64,000 bases of DNA from Anaerolineae bacterium (GCA_038198935.1 JBBPZQ010000021.1:289-64288); one strand, 5' to 3'. Counted from the first letter of the stretch, positions 1 to 10,377 are shown. The notes: generated by a model from the letters alone, not told the origin. Numbers and translations: made by a program.

Positions 1-756
<756 letters not shown>

Positions 757-826
757 TTGTGAATCGCACTTACGTGCGAGTCGTTTCAGGGTTATGAACC
801 TTACTCGCTCTTTCTACCACTCTTCA

Positions 827-839
827 GTTGTTAAGGTGC
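827..839 (-). promoter_or_regulatory. boxA-like antitermination motif in the rRNA leader (tentative)
   Basis: Minus strand reads GCACCTTAACAAC, which resembles the boxA core (G)CTCTTTAACAA. It lies about 75 nt upstream of the 16S 5' end. Confidence 0.3.
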
Positions 840-892
840 GCTCACGACAGGTGCTTATGCTACCCGTCCTGAGGGGTTTTAGTCGAACTTAA

Positions 893-930
893 GAGACAAA
901 AATACCGCCGACCCAACTGCATCGGCGGCA
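893..930 (-). terminator. GC hairpin plus U-run inside the rRNA leader (terminator-like; near copy of the element at 1152-1183)
   Basis: 7-bp stem ccgccga (905-911) / tcggcgg (922-928). On the minus strand it is followed by TATTTTTG. It shares the flanks AAAATACCGCCG...CGGCGGCACA with the second copy. Confidence 0.4.
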
Positions 931-1062
931 CAGAAAGCTGCATACGTTGCAATGACACCAACTTACGACTTCTGCTCTCTGTTGCCTCTCCTTGTTTCTC
1001 AGTTTTAGGATCGTCTCGTGAAAGTTCCACGAGCGAGATCATCAATCGTTGCTGCGAGGTTT

Positions 1063-1091
1063 AATATACCATACCGCGCATTTACTGTCAA
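1063..1091 (-). promoter_or_regulatory. sigma70-type promoter, probably the rRNA operon promoter
   Basis: Minus strand reads TTGACA (1086-1091), a 17-nt spacer, then TATATT (1063-1068). It is preceded by an A/T tract and a second TTGACT, and lies about 300 nt upstream of the 16S 5' end. Confidence 0.6.
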
Positions 1092-1151
1092 GCGGTCGAG
1101 TCAACTTTTTGAAACTCGTTGTCGCGCTCACCGACTCGACAAATTTCAGGG

Positions 1152-1183
1152 GCGAAAATACCGCCGATTAATTGCCGGCGGCA
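1152..1183 (-). terminator. rho-independent terminator downstream of galK
   Basis: Stem ccgccg (1161-1166) / cggcgg (1176-1181). The minus strand is followed by TATTTTCG. Confidence 0.5.
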
Positions 1184-1376
1184 CACATGAACTTCGTCAA
1201 TGTTTACGGGCAGAGTTCTTTGTGTGCTACTTCCTGCTTGCCTCTGAATTTTTCGCTCTCAAGTTTTTGGATTTACTCGCGCATTGCTTGCGAGCGAGAC
1301 CATCCATCGGTCAATGACAAGATCAACTATATCATTGCCTTCATTGCTCGTCAATTTTATTGACGATAGAGTATCA

Positions 1377-2525
1377 TCAGAAAATCTGCGTGCCCGCTTC
1401 CGCAGTGCTCACATAGATTGAGGGCAGCACGCCCGTCTGGTTTAGATACGCATCCGTGAGTTGCCGCGCAAAAACTTCGGCATGTTCCTTTTCAACCAGA
1501 TTGACCGTGCAGCCGCCGAAGCCTGCGCCCGTCATGCGCGCACCGACGATGCCGCGCTGCTCGAAAGCCAAATCCACCATCATATCCAACTCTTTACAAC
1601 TCACGTCGTAGTCATCACGCAGACTAATATGCGACTGCCGCAGCAACTCGCCGACCGCGCTCAGATTTCTTCCTTTGAGCGCTTCCACACACGCCAACAC
1701 GCGCCCATTCTCGGTGATGACATGACGACAGCGGCGCATGATCGCTTCGGGCAACCCAGATTGCTTTTGCTCGAACATTTCAGGCGTGACATCCCGCAGA
1801 CTGACAGCACCGAACAGACGCGCGCCTTCCTCGCACTCGCGTCGCCGCTCATTATATTTTGAATCCACCAGCCCGCGTCCCTTCATAGTATCGGCGATAA
1901 TTATGGCAATATCATCGGGAATCGGCACGGCTTGGTAGTCGAGCGTGCGGCAGTCAATCAGAAGCGCATGTCCCTCTTGCCCCAACGCGGAAATCATCTG
2001 GTCCATGATGCCAACGTTCACGCCGACAAACTCAATCTCCGCGCGCTGCGACATGAGTGCGAGGTCAAGCGGACTGATCTGCAAATCGGAGATGGCTGCG
2101 AACGCATTCGCGCTCGCCACCTCGAGCGCCGCCGAAGAACTCAGCCCCGCGCCCATCGGCACATCGCCCCACACCAATGCATCCATACCGCGCAAGCTGT
2201 GTCCCACATCTTGCAAAATATACGCGACGCCGCGCACGTAGTTACTCCACACCTCCGCGCCTTGCACTCTTTCAATGCGATCCAACGAGAACTCATCGCG
2301 CTTGCTAAAATTTTCCGATTGCAGTACGACCGTGCGGTCGTCTCTCGCTCGTGCCGCAACCCAAGCCGCACGATTGATGGCGAGCGGCATGACGAACCCT
2401 TGATTGTAGTCGGTATGCTCGCCAATCAAGTTCACCCGGCCGGGCGCTCGCACGACGAACGATGGTGTGCTGCCGAAATGCCGCTGGAATGCCGAGCGCA
2501 TCTTGTCAACGACATGCGCGTTCAA
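1377..2525 (-). CDS. galK: galactokinase
   Basis: 382-aa ORF with the galactokinase signature GRVNLIGEHTDYNQGFVMPLAI and the GHMP kinase motif PMGAGLSSSAALEVA. Confidence 0.9.
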   Translation of the reverse strand: MNAHVVDKMRSAFQRHFGSTPSFVVRAPGRVNLIGEHTDYNQGFVMPLAINRAAWVAARARDDRTVVLQSENFSKRDEFSLDRIERVQGAEVWSNYVRGVAYILQDVGHSLRGMDALVWGDVPMGAGLSSSAALEVASANAFAAISDLQISPLDLALMSQRAEIEFVGVNVGIMDQMISALGQEGHALLIDCRTLDYQAVPIPDDIAIIIADTMKGRGLVDSKYNERRRECEEGARLFGAVSLRDVTPEMFEQKQSGLPEAIMRRCRHVITENGRVLACVEALKGRNLSAVGELLRQSHISLRDDYDVSCKELDMMVDLAFEQRGIVGARMTGAGFGGCTVNLVEKEHAEVFARQLTDAYLNQTGVLPSIYVSTAEAGTQIF

Positions 2526-4225
2526 GGGTGCACATCCACTTTCGGCGAATAGCCTAATGCCTGCAAGCGTGTCTGCAATTCCTCAACCTGCTCGGGTGCG
2601 ACGAGCGCAACAGTGGGGGATAGTACTTCGCGGATGTACGTGCTCAGTTCAGGATGATGACGCAACTCGGTCAACAATTTCTGATCGCGCGTGTGCAGCA
2701 CGGCGGCGCGGCGCAGCGTGATCTCGCCGTACTTCTCGTACCACTCGCGCAGCGTAAACTCGACGTTCTTTGGGAACGGCGAGCGCGAGATGCGCCTCAG
2801 GAACTTGAGCAATTGGTCAATCGTGACATTGTGACGCAGCAAGCGCATCGCCGATTCGCGTGTGAGCCGGTACGTGCTGATGCGATCCCACTTCGTGCGC
2901 TCCGTCATCTTCTCCAACTGGAAGCGCGCGAACATAGGCGCATCAATCGGCACGAGCACCTCGAAGTCGCCTTGCACCACAAACTTTGCGGAGCGCGGCT
3001 CGGGCAAATCTTTGTCTGTCAGTCCGAGCGCACGCGCGCCGAACTCCGTGAGCTTGAACGCGCCCGCGCCGTCGTTGCTGCCGCTGCTCACCACGCCTTG
3101 CCACGTGAGTGGACCTTCGAGGATGAACTTGAGCAGCGCGCCTTCCACGTGGTTCCAGTTCGAGAAGCCTGTGAGCAGTCTGCCCGTCTCAGCATCGCGC
3201 AGATGCCAGCGGTCGTAGTCGCCGTCGGGCCGCTGGAAGTCGGGATCGAATTTCTTAATACCGCCGATGAACGAGGCGAGCGCAATCCATTCGTCGCACG
3301 GACACTGCGCCAGATACTTCAATACCGTCGCGCGCGCGAGTCGCGGGTCGTTGCGCCAACCGGTTTCTTCGAGCTTGAGCGTTGGTACGTAGCGCAATTC
3401 GTTCCACGTGCGCTCGCGTTTCCATGCCTCCAACAACTGCACGCGCCGGAGTTGATGCGTCGTACGCAGCCACGCCTTCGCCTCGCTGCCAAGCCGCACA
3501 CCGATCGCCGGAATCGCGCGAATCAGACGGGCCGTGCGCGCCACTCGCACCAGCATCGTCAAGCGCGGCGCGCTCGTGATGTCTTTGCCGACGAATGAAT
3601 CTTTGACCTGCACTTGCTCGTCGAGCGCGCGCAGATCGTCCACGCTCAGCAGTGTGCCTTCGGCGTACGGCGGCTGACGGCGTGCGACGTGCGAGAGCAG
3701 GATGAACGTGTCCCACATCAACTTGTCGCCGTGGGCGAGACCCACGCTCGGCGCAGCGACCGTCCGCACCGTGAAGCCGGCAGGTGCAGCAGGTTTGGGC
3801 AAGTGCGGAAGGATTTCATCGGGGATATAAAAAATTTCGCCGCGCACATCGCTCGCCATCTCGAACGCGCGCTGAATGAGGCCGAGATACCACAGCCGCT
3901 CGGTCGCGTTGGCGGGCGCAAGCCACGGCTTGTCACGCGCAAGCGCGACGGGACCAAATGCGCGAATCTCGCCGTTGTCGCGCACCATCTGAAATGCCTT
4001 CACGCGTCCGCCGCTGAGCACAACCTTGCTGAGTACGTCGCGCTCCGCATCGGTCAACGCTTGCCACGCGCGCTGCACGACTTCAGGACGCGCGAGTTCG
4101 TCGGCGAGCGTCATTGCCGACTGCTCGCGTGACCCGCCTTCGGGCAGCGCGATGTGATGGCCGTCTGCGATGGCGCGCAGCATTTGCGGCGAGTGATCGA
4201 GCAGCGCGTCCTTTAAGGTTTTCAT
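2522..4225 (-). CDS. stand-alone protein with an XPB/Ssl2 N-terminal-type helicase-associated (Helicase_C_3-like) domain
   Basis: 567-aa ORF. The C-terminal part (FVVQGDFEVLVP...YRLTRESAMRLLRHNVTIDQLLKFL...REWYEKYGEITL...LQALGY) matches my recollection of the damage-recognition-like domain found N-terminal to XPB helicases. No helicase motifs are present. The stop overlaps the galK start. Confidence 0.45.
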   Translation of the reverse strand: MKTLKDALLDHSPQMLRAIADGHHIALPEGGSREQSAMTLADELARPEVVQRAWQALTDAERDVLSKVVLSGGRVKAFQMVRDNGEIRAFGPVALARDKPWLAPANATERLWYLGLIQRAFEMASDVRGEIFYIPDEILPHLPKPAAPAGFTVRTVAAPSVGLAHGDKLMWDTFILLSHVARRQPPYAEGTLLSVDDLRALDEQVQVKDSFVGKDITSAPRLTMLVRVARTARLIRAIPAIGVRLGSEAKAWLRTTHQLRRVQLLEAWKRERTWNELRYVPTLKLEETGWRNDPRLARATVLKYLAQCPCDEWIALASFIGGIKKFDPDFQRPDGDYDRWHLRDAETGRLLTGFSNWNHVEGALLKFILEGPLTWQGVVSSGSNDGAGAFKLTEFGARALGLTDKDLPEPRSAKFVVQGDFEVLVPIDAPMFARFQLEKMTERTKWDRISTYRLTRESAMRLLRHNVTIDQLLKFLRRISRSPFPKNVEFTLREWYEKYGEITLRRAAVLHTRDQKLLTELRHHPELSTYIREVLSPTVALVAPEQVEELQTRLQALGYSPKVDVHP

Positions 4226-4313
4226 CAGCTGTCATTATAGTCAATCTTGCGCGGCGCTCTCAACAAAAACGCGGAGGGCGCGGACATGCGGGGATGGATG
4301 AAATAGCGGAGTC

Positions 4314-5027
4314 TTACAATTTCTCCGGCGTGTTCGTGCAAATCGCATCCACATCCAGCGTTCGCAGCACACGCAACTCGTCGTCGCGCTCCTCGTGCCA
4401 GAGCACGATGCCCAATCGCGCCGAGCGCAATGCACGCAGCAAGTCCGGTGTGAGCAGTTGATGCGGATGGGGCGCGCGGTTCTCCCAGCACAAGTGAATA
4501 AAATCCGCGTGCGCCTCGCGCGCGAGTTGCACGAGTTCGGTCGCCGCATACACGCGGCCCACAAGCAGCGACGTGGCTAACTCTGGTGCGCACTGCTTGG
4601 TCTCGCACACCAGTGCTGGATTGAACGAGCCGACGATCACCTGCCGCCGATCTGTGAATTGATTCGCACGCAAGCAGTCCACCGCTGCGCGCGGCGTGCC
4701 TTCGGCGATCAATTCGATGTACAAGCCGTTGCGTCCGCGCACAAGCTCAATCACTTCTGGCAATGTCGGCACGCGCTCGCCGTCGCCCGCATCGAGATGC
4801 TTCAGTTCGGCGAGCGTCAAATCCTTGATCGCGCCTTGCCCATTCGTGGTCTCGTCCACGCTGTCGTTGTGCATCACGATCAGCGCGCCGTCTTTGCTCA
4901 GATGCAAGTCGAGTTCGCTCATGTCCGCGCCGAGTTCGATTGCGCGCTCGAAGGCGCGCAGCGTGTTCTCTGGCGCGTGTGCCGACGCGCCGCGATGCGC
5001 GATATTCAAGTAATGTCGTTGGCTCAC
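4314..5027 (-). CDS. glycerophosphodiester phosphodiesterase
   Basis: GDPD motifs IAHRGASAHAPENTLRAFERAIELGADMSELDLHLSKDGALIVMHND. Start placed at GTG 5027, which forms a GTGA overlap with the upstream stop. The track ORF reaching 5156 overlaps the methyltransferase and is probably too long. Confidence 0.8.
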   Translation of the reverse strand: MSQRHYLNIAHRGASAHAPENTLRAFERAIELGADMSELDLHLSKDGALIVMHNDSVDETTNGQGAIKDLTLAELKHLDAGDGERVPTLPEVIELVRGRNGLYIELIAEGTPRAAVDCLRANQFTDRRQVIVGSFNPALVCETKQCAPELATSLLVGRVYAATELVQLAREAHADFIHLCWENRAPHPHQLLTPDLLRALRSARLGIVLWHEERDDELRVLRTLDVDAICTNTPEKL

Positions 5028-5548
5028 CAACTCACCGCCGAGTAGATTTCTTTCAAGAAACGGCTTGCCACACTCCAAAGCCACCGCGTGTTTGCAAAAC
5101 CGCAGCGCGCAGCGAGCGTCTGCCACGTCGCAAACGAGAGCGGATGTGGCACCCACAGGTTGCCCTGATCCACGTTGTACTCGACGAGGATCAATCGCCC
5201 ATCCGCGCGCACATAATTTTTCAGCAGTCTGATGACGGATTCTTTGTCGCGCTGAAAGTGGAGCGCGTTCGCCATCACGATACCGTCGAGCGATGGCAGG
5301 TCGAGCGGGCGTGTGAAGTCGGCGGCGTGATACTCGACGCGCGCCGACGGGAAGCGCGAGCGCATCACGCGCTCTTGCGCGCGCAGCGACTCGCGCTCTT
5401 GGTCAATCGAGATGATCTGCGCCTCATTGCCAAGCAACTCAGCCAGTGCCAACGTGAACGCGCCGCTGCCCGAACCGAAGTCCGCCCACACACCGTCGCG
5501 CGCATGAATGCCATCGCGCAATAGGCGAACGTGATCGTGGTGATCCAT
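5024..5548 (-). CDS. class I SAM-dependent methyltransferase
   Basis: 174-aa ORF with the SAM-binding motif I VWADFGSGSGAFTLALAELL. Confidence 0.75.
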   Translation of the reverse strand: MDHHDHVRLLRDGIHARDGVWADFGSGSGAFTLALAELLGNEAQIISIDQERESLRAQERVMRSRFPSARVEYHAADFTRPLDLPSLDGIVMANALHFQRDKESVIRLLKNYVRADGRLILVEYNVDQGNLWVPHPLSFATWQTLAARCGFANTRWLWSVASRFLKEIYSAVSW

Positions 5549-5860
5549 GTATGCTCATTATAGATGAACGTCGTGGCGCATAGCGACGCTCTTGCACACA
5601 CAAGCAGTTTTTTTTAGATCCTTTGCGCTCTCTCACCATAATTCCCGAGGCACGGGATGTTACATTCTCGCCGAATATGCAATATGGTTATAGAGAGCGG
5701 TTGACCTATCCATGGTCACAGCGCACTCAAGTGCAGCCGTGCAGACGTCCGCGAAAGGCACCTACGCGTAGGCTTATGCCTTGTATCGCGGTAATCACCG
5801 CAGTTTCGGCACAACTAAACAGATGCAGCGTCGCATTCAACCATCCAAATCAGGAGGAAT

Positions 5861-6763
5861 ATGATGAGACGCAAACTGTTTTACGGACTACTGGGCTTGG
5901 CGATCTACTTCCTATCGAACAGCACGACGTTCGCTCAGGGGCCCGAACCGCAGGGCTCTGATCTGTTCTGGCAGGCGTCTTACTGGAACAATACCAGTCT
6001 GACAGGTAACCCCATCCTGCAACGCCAAGAAGTTTCCATTGACTACAATTGGGGACTCGGATCACCGGACCCCGTCGTGCACAGCGACCAATTCTCCGCA
6101 CGCTGGCAGCGCTATATCGAAACCGGCTCTGGTTGGTATCGCTTCACTGCAACCAGCGACGACGGCATCCGCGTTTATGTGGACGGCGAGTTACTGATTG
6201 ATCAGTGGAACGACCATCCCCCGACGACCTTCAGCGCCAGCAAGAGTCTGAGCAGCGGCCACCATCTGCTCAAGGTCGAGTATTACGAGAACTTCGTGGG
6301 TGCGGTCGCGCGCCTAAATTGGAGTGCCCTGGCCGTATCGGGTGTGGTCGTCGTGGACGATACCAGTGGGGGCTTCTTACAAGGGGGCACCGCGAGTTCG
6401 TGGCGTAGCGCTGTAGACGGATACGGCGGCCATCTCTACTGGACGTTCAACAATGACGTGCTGCGACTCGGTTACAATTATGGGCGCTGGTATCCATCCT
6501 TAACCGCCGGACGGTACGAGGTATTCGCGTACATTCCTGATCGCTATACCACCACCACCAATGCGCGCTACTGGATTTCGCATGCCGACGGCTACACACT
6601 GCATCCCGTCGATCAAAGTCTGCCAGGTCCCCGTTGGGTTTCGCTGGGCACGTTTCGCTTCTCAGGCGCTAGCAGCGATTACGTCTCCCTGTCAGACATC
6701 ACCTACGAGCCGCGCCTGAGTCGCATCGTGGCATGGGATGCGCTGAAATGGGAGCCGCGTTAG
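5861..6763 (+). CDS. secreted PA14 domain protein with an uncharacterised C-terminal half
   Basis: Signal peptide (LLGLAIYFLSNSTTFAQG). PA14-like block FSARWQRYIETGSGWYRFTATSDDGIRVYVDGELLIDQW...LLKVEYYENFVGAVARLNW. RBS AGGAGG upstream. Confidence 0.75.
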   Translation: MMRRKLFYGLLGLAIYFLSNSTTFAQGPEPQGSDLFWQASYWNNTSLTGNPILQRQEVSIDYNWGLGSPDPVVHSDQFSARWQRYIETGSGWYRFTATSDDGIRVYVDGELLIDQWNDHPPTTFSASKSLSSGHHLLKVEYYENFVGAVARLNWSALAVSGVVVVDDTSGGFLQGGTASSWRSAVDGYGGHLYWTFNNDVLRLGYNYGRWYPSLTAGRYEVFAYIPDRYTTTTNARYWISHADGYTLHPVDQSLPGPRWVSLGTFRFSGASSDYVSLSDITYEPRLSRIVAWDALKWEPR

Positions 6764-6994
6764 GCAAGGCGGCTGATCGCATTCGGAATTGAGGGCTGAG
6801 CGAACTGAACGATACTTGCAGTTCCGACGCCCTCTTCTGGTTTCAGCGCAAAAGGTTGTGATGCACGCTGAGCCGCGAGCACGGTAGCGATTGCCGTTTG
6901 ACGTTCAGGCATACAATGAATGTGCCACAGGCCTGTTACAAATTCGCCCTGCCTGCAATATCATGAGTGAGGATTGTGAAGGAGACCCGATGCT

Positions 6995-7588
6995 ATGTTC
7001 ACGGAAACGGTGATCCATCGTGTGGATCAGCCAACGAGCCTGAACGCGAGCACCGACGATGAAGTCCTGGCCGCACAAGCCGCAAGCAGCCGTGCCGCAT
7101 TTGCCGAACTGTACCGTCGTCACGTGGATCACATCTATCGCTACTGTTTGGGTCGCACGGGCAGCGTGCAGGAGGCGCAGGAACTGACAGCGGACACATT
7201 CGTCAGCGCACTAGAATGCATCCGCATGTATCAGTCCGGACACTTCGTCGGTTGGTTATTTGGGATAGCGCGCAATAAAGTCGCGATGTTCTATCGGCAG
7301 CGCCGTGAGAGTGTGTCGCTGGGCGAGCATGAGGTCGATACGCAGCCTCACGCACAGGTGGAAACGGTGGTTGGTGAGCGCTTGCAACTCGAATCCGTCA
7401 TTCGCATCCTGCACAAGCTCTCGCCCGATCGCGCGGAGGCGCTCCGCTTGCGCATTCTGGGCGACGTACCCATTGCGGAGATCGCACACTTAATGGGCAA
7501 GAGTGAAGCCGCGGTGCGCATGCTCATCTCCCGCGCCCTTGACGATATACGCGGTCGGCTCGAATACACGGGGGAGACGTCACGATGA
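6995..7588 (+). CDS. ECF-type RNA polymerase sigma factor
   Basis: Sigma70 region 2 (FAELYRRHVDHIYRYCLGRTG, TFVSAL) and region 4 (SPDRAEALRLRILGDVPIAEIAHLMGKSEAAVRMLISRAL). Confidence 0.85.
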   Translation: MFTETVIHRVDQPTSLNASTDDEVLAAQAASSRAAFAELYRRHVDHIYRYCLGRTGSVQEAQELTADTFVSALECIRMYQSGHFVGWLFGIARNKVAMFYRQRRESVSLGEHEVDTQPHAQVETVVGERLQLESVIRILHKLSPDRAEALRLRILGDVPIAEIAHLMGKSEAAVRMLISRALDDIRGRLEYTGETSR

Positions 7589-8604
7589 ACGATGCGACAC
7601 GAGCAGCTGAACAATTGGAACAGGTGATTGCTGCGCGGCAAATGAGACAGCCTCTTCCCGCTCACGAGGAACTGGATGTGGCCAAGCGAGACAGGGCCGT
7701 GCAGTTGGTGGATGTGGCGCAGGCGACGCGCATAGATCCGGTTTTCGCCGCCAAACTGGAACTCCGATTGAATCAGCTTTACGCGACACAACCGGATGCT
7801 CAGGCGACCTCACGTTGGCAACGCTGGTTCAATGCCTTGACGCAGCACACCAGTCACTCGGTCGGGTTTGCCGTGCTGGCCAGTTTACTATTGGCGTTGG
7901 CATCCTTTGCGATCTTTCGCGCCTTGCAGTCGGGGGCGGGGCAGCCGCTGTCAGCGACTGAAGTGCCACCGACCGTCGTGCCGTTCATATTGGCTGTGAC
8001 GCCGACCGTAACCGCAACGGAGCTAGCGCAAACAGCAACAGCACCGCCGAGTTCTACTCCACAGGTCGTTGTGCTGCCGCCAGCCACGGCGACACCGTTC
8101 CCGTCCGCAACGCGCACACCGATCCTGCCCAGCGCATCGCCGACGCGCACGCCGACGAGAGCGCCCAGCGCGACACCTCAGGCGTCGCCGACCAGTTCGG
8201 CATCGTCACGCGTGAAAATATTCATGTTGGACGTGGATGGCAGCACGCCGGGCAAGCAGATCGGCTGCGGCGATACGGTCGTGGCGGTGGAGCGCAACAT
8301 CGCCCCGACGAGTTCGCCGCTGCAGTCGGCGATCCGTGAACTGCTTAGCGTGCACGATCAGTATTACGGGCAGTCAGGGTTGTTCAACGCGTTGTACCGT
8401 TCGACGTTACAGTTGGACAGTGCCACGATCGTGAATGGCCGCGCTACGATCAATCTAAGCGGCACCATCCGCGTGAACGGTGTGTGCGATAATCCTCGCG
8501 TCATCGCGCAACTACAGGAAACGGCGCTCCAGTTCTCAGCCATCAAGCAGGTTTCGATCTACGTGAACGGCGTGGACATCAACACCGTCCTATCGCAGAA
8601 GTAA
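7585..8604 (+). CDS. membrane protein (putative anti-sigma partner) with a Pro/Thr-rich linker and an extracytoplasmic GerMN-like domain
   Basis: ATGA overlap with the sigma gene. One TM (VGFAVLASLLLALASFAIF). About 90 aa of PT-rich linker. C-terminal block GCGDTVVAVERNI...LQSAIRELLSV...INLSG...QLQETALQFSAIKQVSIYVNG resembles GerMN. Confidence 0.6.
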   Translation: MNDATRAAEQLEQVIAARQMRQPLPAHEELDVAKRDRAVQLVDVAQATRIDPVFAAKLELRLNQLYATQPDAQATSRWQRWFNALTQHTSHSVGFAVLASLLLALASFAIFRALQSGAGQPLSATEVPPTVVPFILAVTPTVTATELAQTATAPPSSTPQVVVLPPATATPFPSATRTPILPSASPTRTPTRAPSATPQASPTSSASSRVKIFMLDVDGSTPGKQIGCGDTVVAVERNIAPTSSPLQSAIRELLSVHDQYYGQSGLFNALYRSTLQLDSATIVNGRATINLSGTIRVNGVCDNPRVIAQLQETALQFSAIKQVSIYVNGVDINTVLSQK

Positions 8605-8850
8605 CCTGTATGCCGGTCTGAGGCGCAAGCGAAAGCCAATTACGACTCAGCGGAGACCATAGCACTCAATCCCGATCCGGCGCATGACATCACGAGAACC
8701 GAGCAGTATTTTGTCGAGCGTGTGATTCCCTATCCTAACATTCGCGCAGCGATACATCGCCTCGGTTAAGGACGCTTACGCCCAACCTGCGCACGCAGCC
8801 GAGGCAGGGAATCGGCCCAAAATTGCCCTTACATGCGAAATCAACGCCGC

Positions 8851-8882
8851 AACAAAAAAGTCCCGCTTATCTACGCGGGACT
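8851..8882 (-). terminator. rho-independent terminator of rplI
   Basis: 8-bp stem agtcccgc (8859-8866) / gcgggact (8875-8882). The minus strand is followed by TTTTTTG. Confidence 0.75.
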
Positions 8883-8887
8883 TTCCC

Positions 8888-8922
8888 AATCGGCTATGTG
8901 CGATCAGCCATCGGCTATTCGC
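8888..8922. repeat. tandem heptamer array (5 units, NATNNGC)
   Basis: aatcggc tatgtgc gatcagc catcggc tattcgc. It overlaps the last codons and the stop of rplI. Confidence 0.6.
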
Positions 8923-9382
8923 TAACTTGCTCTTCGGGCGTGATGTTCACGTTCACCGTGGCGTTCACGTCGCTATGCAGGTGGATATTGACCTTGTGCT
9001 CGCCAACTTGCCTGAGCGGCTCCGCTAACTCGATTTTGCGCCGATCTACGTCCATGCCGAGTTTTTGCTGCAACGCATCGGCGATGTCTTGGCTCGTGAT
9101 CGAGCCATACAGACGGCCCTGCTCGCCAACCTTCGCCTTGAAATCGAGCATCGTCGCGTTCATCTTCTCCGCGAGCGCGCGTGCATCGGCAGAAAGTTTC
9201 GCGTTGCGCTTGGCGTTCGCCTTCCCCATGATCTCGACGTGGCGCATCGCGCCTTCAGTTGGCAGCATCGCCACGCCGCGTGGGAACAAATAGTTGCGCG
9301 CATAGCCGCGTGCCACGCGCTTCACTTCGCCCGCCTTGCCGAGACTGTTCACGTCCTGTGTCAACAATACTTTGATTTGCAC
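8915..9382 (-). CDS. rplI: 50S ribosomal protein L9
   Basis: VQIKVLLTQDVNSLGKAGEVKRVARGYARNYLFPRGVA is a typical L9 N-terminus. Start placed at GTG 9382 with a GGGAG RBS 6 nt upstream. The track start at 9463 adds 27 non-L9 residues. Confidence 0.9.
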   Translation of the reverse strand: MQIKVLLTQDVNSLGKAGEVKRVARGYARNYLFPRGVAMLPTEGAMRHVEIMGKANAKRNAKLSADARALAEKMNATMLDFKAKVGEQGRLYGSITSQDIADALQQKLGMDVDRRKIELAEPLRQVGEHKVNIHLHSDVNATVNVNITPEEQVSE

Positions 9383-9513
9383 GATTCGCTCCCGTGTTAG
9401 CAGTTGGAGATTGGATGAAGGTCGTCCAACATCTGCCATCTCATCGCAAATGAAATGCCGCACGAGCGCGGCAGTATTAGATGATACACGAGAACCCGTT
9501 ATTCACAAAACAT

Positions 9514-9555
9514 TTCCAACGCCGAACGTCCAACGTCCAATTTCCAACTTCCAAT
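9514..9555. repeat. tandem heptamer array (6 direct units, NNCCAA[CT])
   Basis: ttccaac gccgaac gtccaac gtccaat ttccaac ttccaat. Direct repeats only, with no inverted arm. Confidence 0.8.
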
Positions 9556-9570
9556 TCCGCATGTTATAAT
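9542..9570 (+). promoter_or_regulatory. extended -10 promoter for the lipoprotein gene
   Basis: TGTTATAAT at 9562-9570. A weak -35 (TTCCAA, 9542-9547) is supplied by the heptamer array, with a 17-nt spacer. Confidence 0.5.
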
Positions 9571-9597
9571 CGCGCGCACTCTGAGGGAGGTCATCGC

Positions 9598-10359
9598 ATG
9601 TCTGCACGTACGCTGATGGTGGTTTGCGCGTTTTGGCTGTTTGCGCTTTTGATGAATGGCTGCTCGTTCGACTTTCTGGCTCAAGCGCAACCGAGTCCGT
9701 CGCCGACGCGCACGCGCCGGCCCACCCTGACGCTATCGCCTCAAGACACCGAGACGCCAACTGCCACGGCAACCAGCGCGAGCACCGACACGCCGACCGC
9801 CGCACCCGCGACGGCGACCAACACCGAAGCGCCGCAAGCGCCGACGAATACCCCGAAGCCGGTCGTGATCGTGCCGACCAACACGCGTCGCCCATCGCCA
9901 CCCACGGCAACCTTCACGCCCAAGCCCATCGTCCCGACCAATACGCCCGCGCTCGCGTTCCAACTCACATTCAACTGGATCAATCGCAGAGCGTTCTCAA
10001 CCAACAATGAGTGCAATTTTGTCAACGGCACGCATGTTGAAGGCAAGGTATACAGAGCCGACGGCACGCTCCTAACCGGCGCGCGCAATACGGCCGCAAT
10101 GCACATCTCGATCACCGGCGATGCGTCGGGACCCTTTGCCTATCCGGGCAAGTATCTGAACTTCCCAACGGAGAATGATGGTCGCTGGAACGCGGATATT
10201 CCGAAGCGCGCGAGCGACTTTGAATGGAAGATATTCATCAGTCCTCCGCTCTCAGACGAATCAATTTCATATGACTTGACGGCTATTGCCTCGGCCGCCA
10301 GCAAGTGCGGACAGCCCGGCACCTTCAACTGGTTCACCGCTGATTGGGTTGTCCACTAA
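9598..10359 (+). CDS. lipoprotein with a Pro/Thr-rich linker and an uncharacterised C-terminal domain
   Basis: Start at ATG 9598 with a GAGGGAGG RBS. Lipobox LLMNGC. PT-rich linker of about 90 aa. I recognise no family for the C-terminal ~130 aa. Confidence 0.7.
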   Translation: MSARTLMVVCAFWLFALLMNGCSFDFLAQAQPSPSPTRTRRPTLTLSPQDTETPTATATSASTDTPTAAPATATNTEAPQAPTNTPKPVVIVPTNTRRPSPPTATFTPKPIVPTNTPALAFQLTFNWINRRAFSTNNECNFVNGTHVEGKVYRADGTLLTGARNTAAMHISITGDASGPFAYPGKYLNFPTENDGRWNADIPKRASDFEWKIFISPPLSDESISYDLTAIASAASKCGQPGTFNWFTADWVVH

Positions 10360-10377
10360 CCAATGTTCCACCGAACC

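Noticed and set aside
4225-4608. ORFs of 107-127 aa overlapping the 3' end of the phosphodiesterase gene and the spacer at 4226-4313.
   Set aside because: They are in alternative frames of a well-supported GDPD gene, have Arg/Ala-rich composition, and show no motifs.
5549-5860. A 310-nt untranslated region upstream of the PA14 protein gene as a possible riboswitch (for example c-di-GMP, given the nearby GGDEF gene).
   Set aside because: I could not recognise any conserved riboswitch core motif by eye. It would need an Rfam/Infernal scan, so no claim is made.
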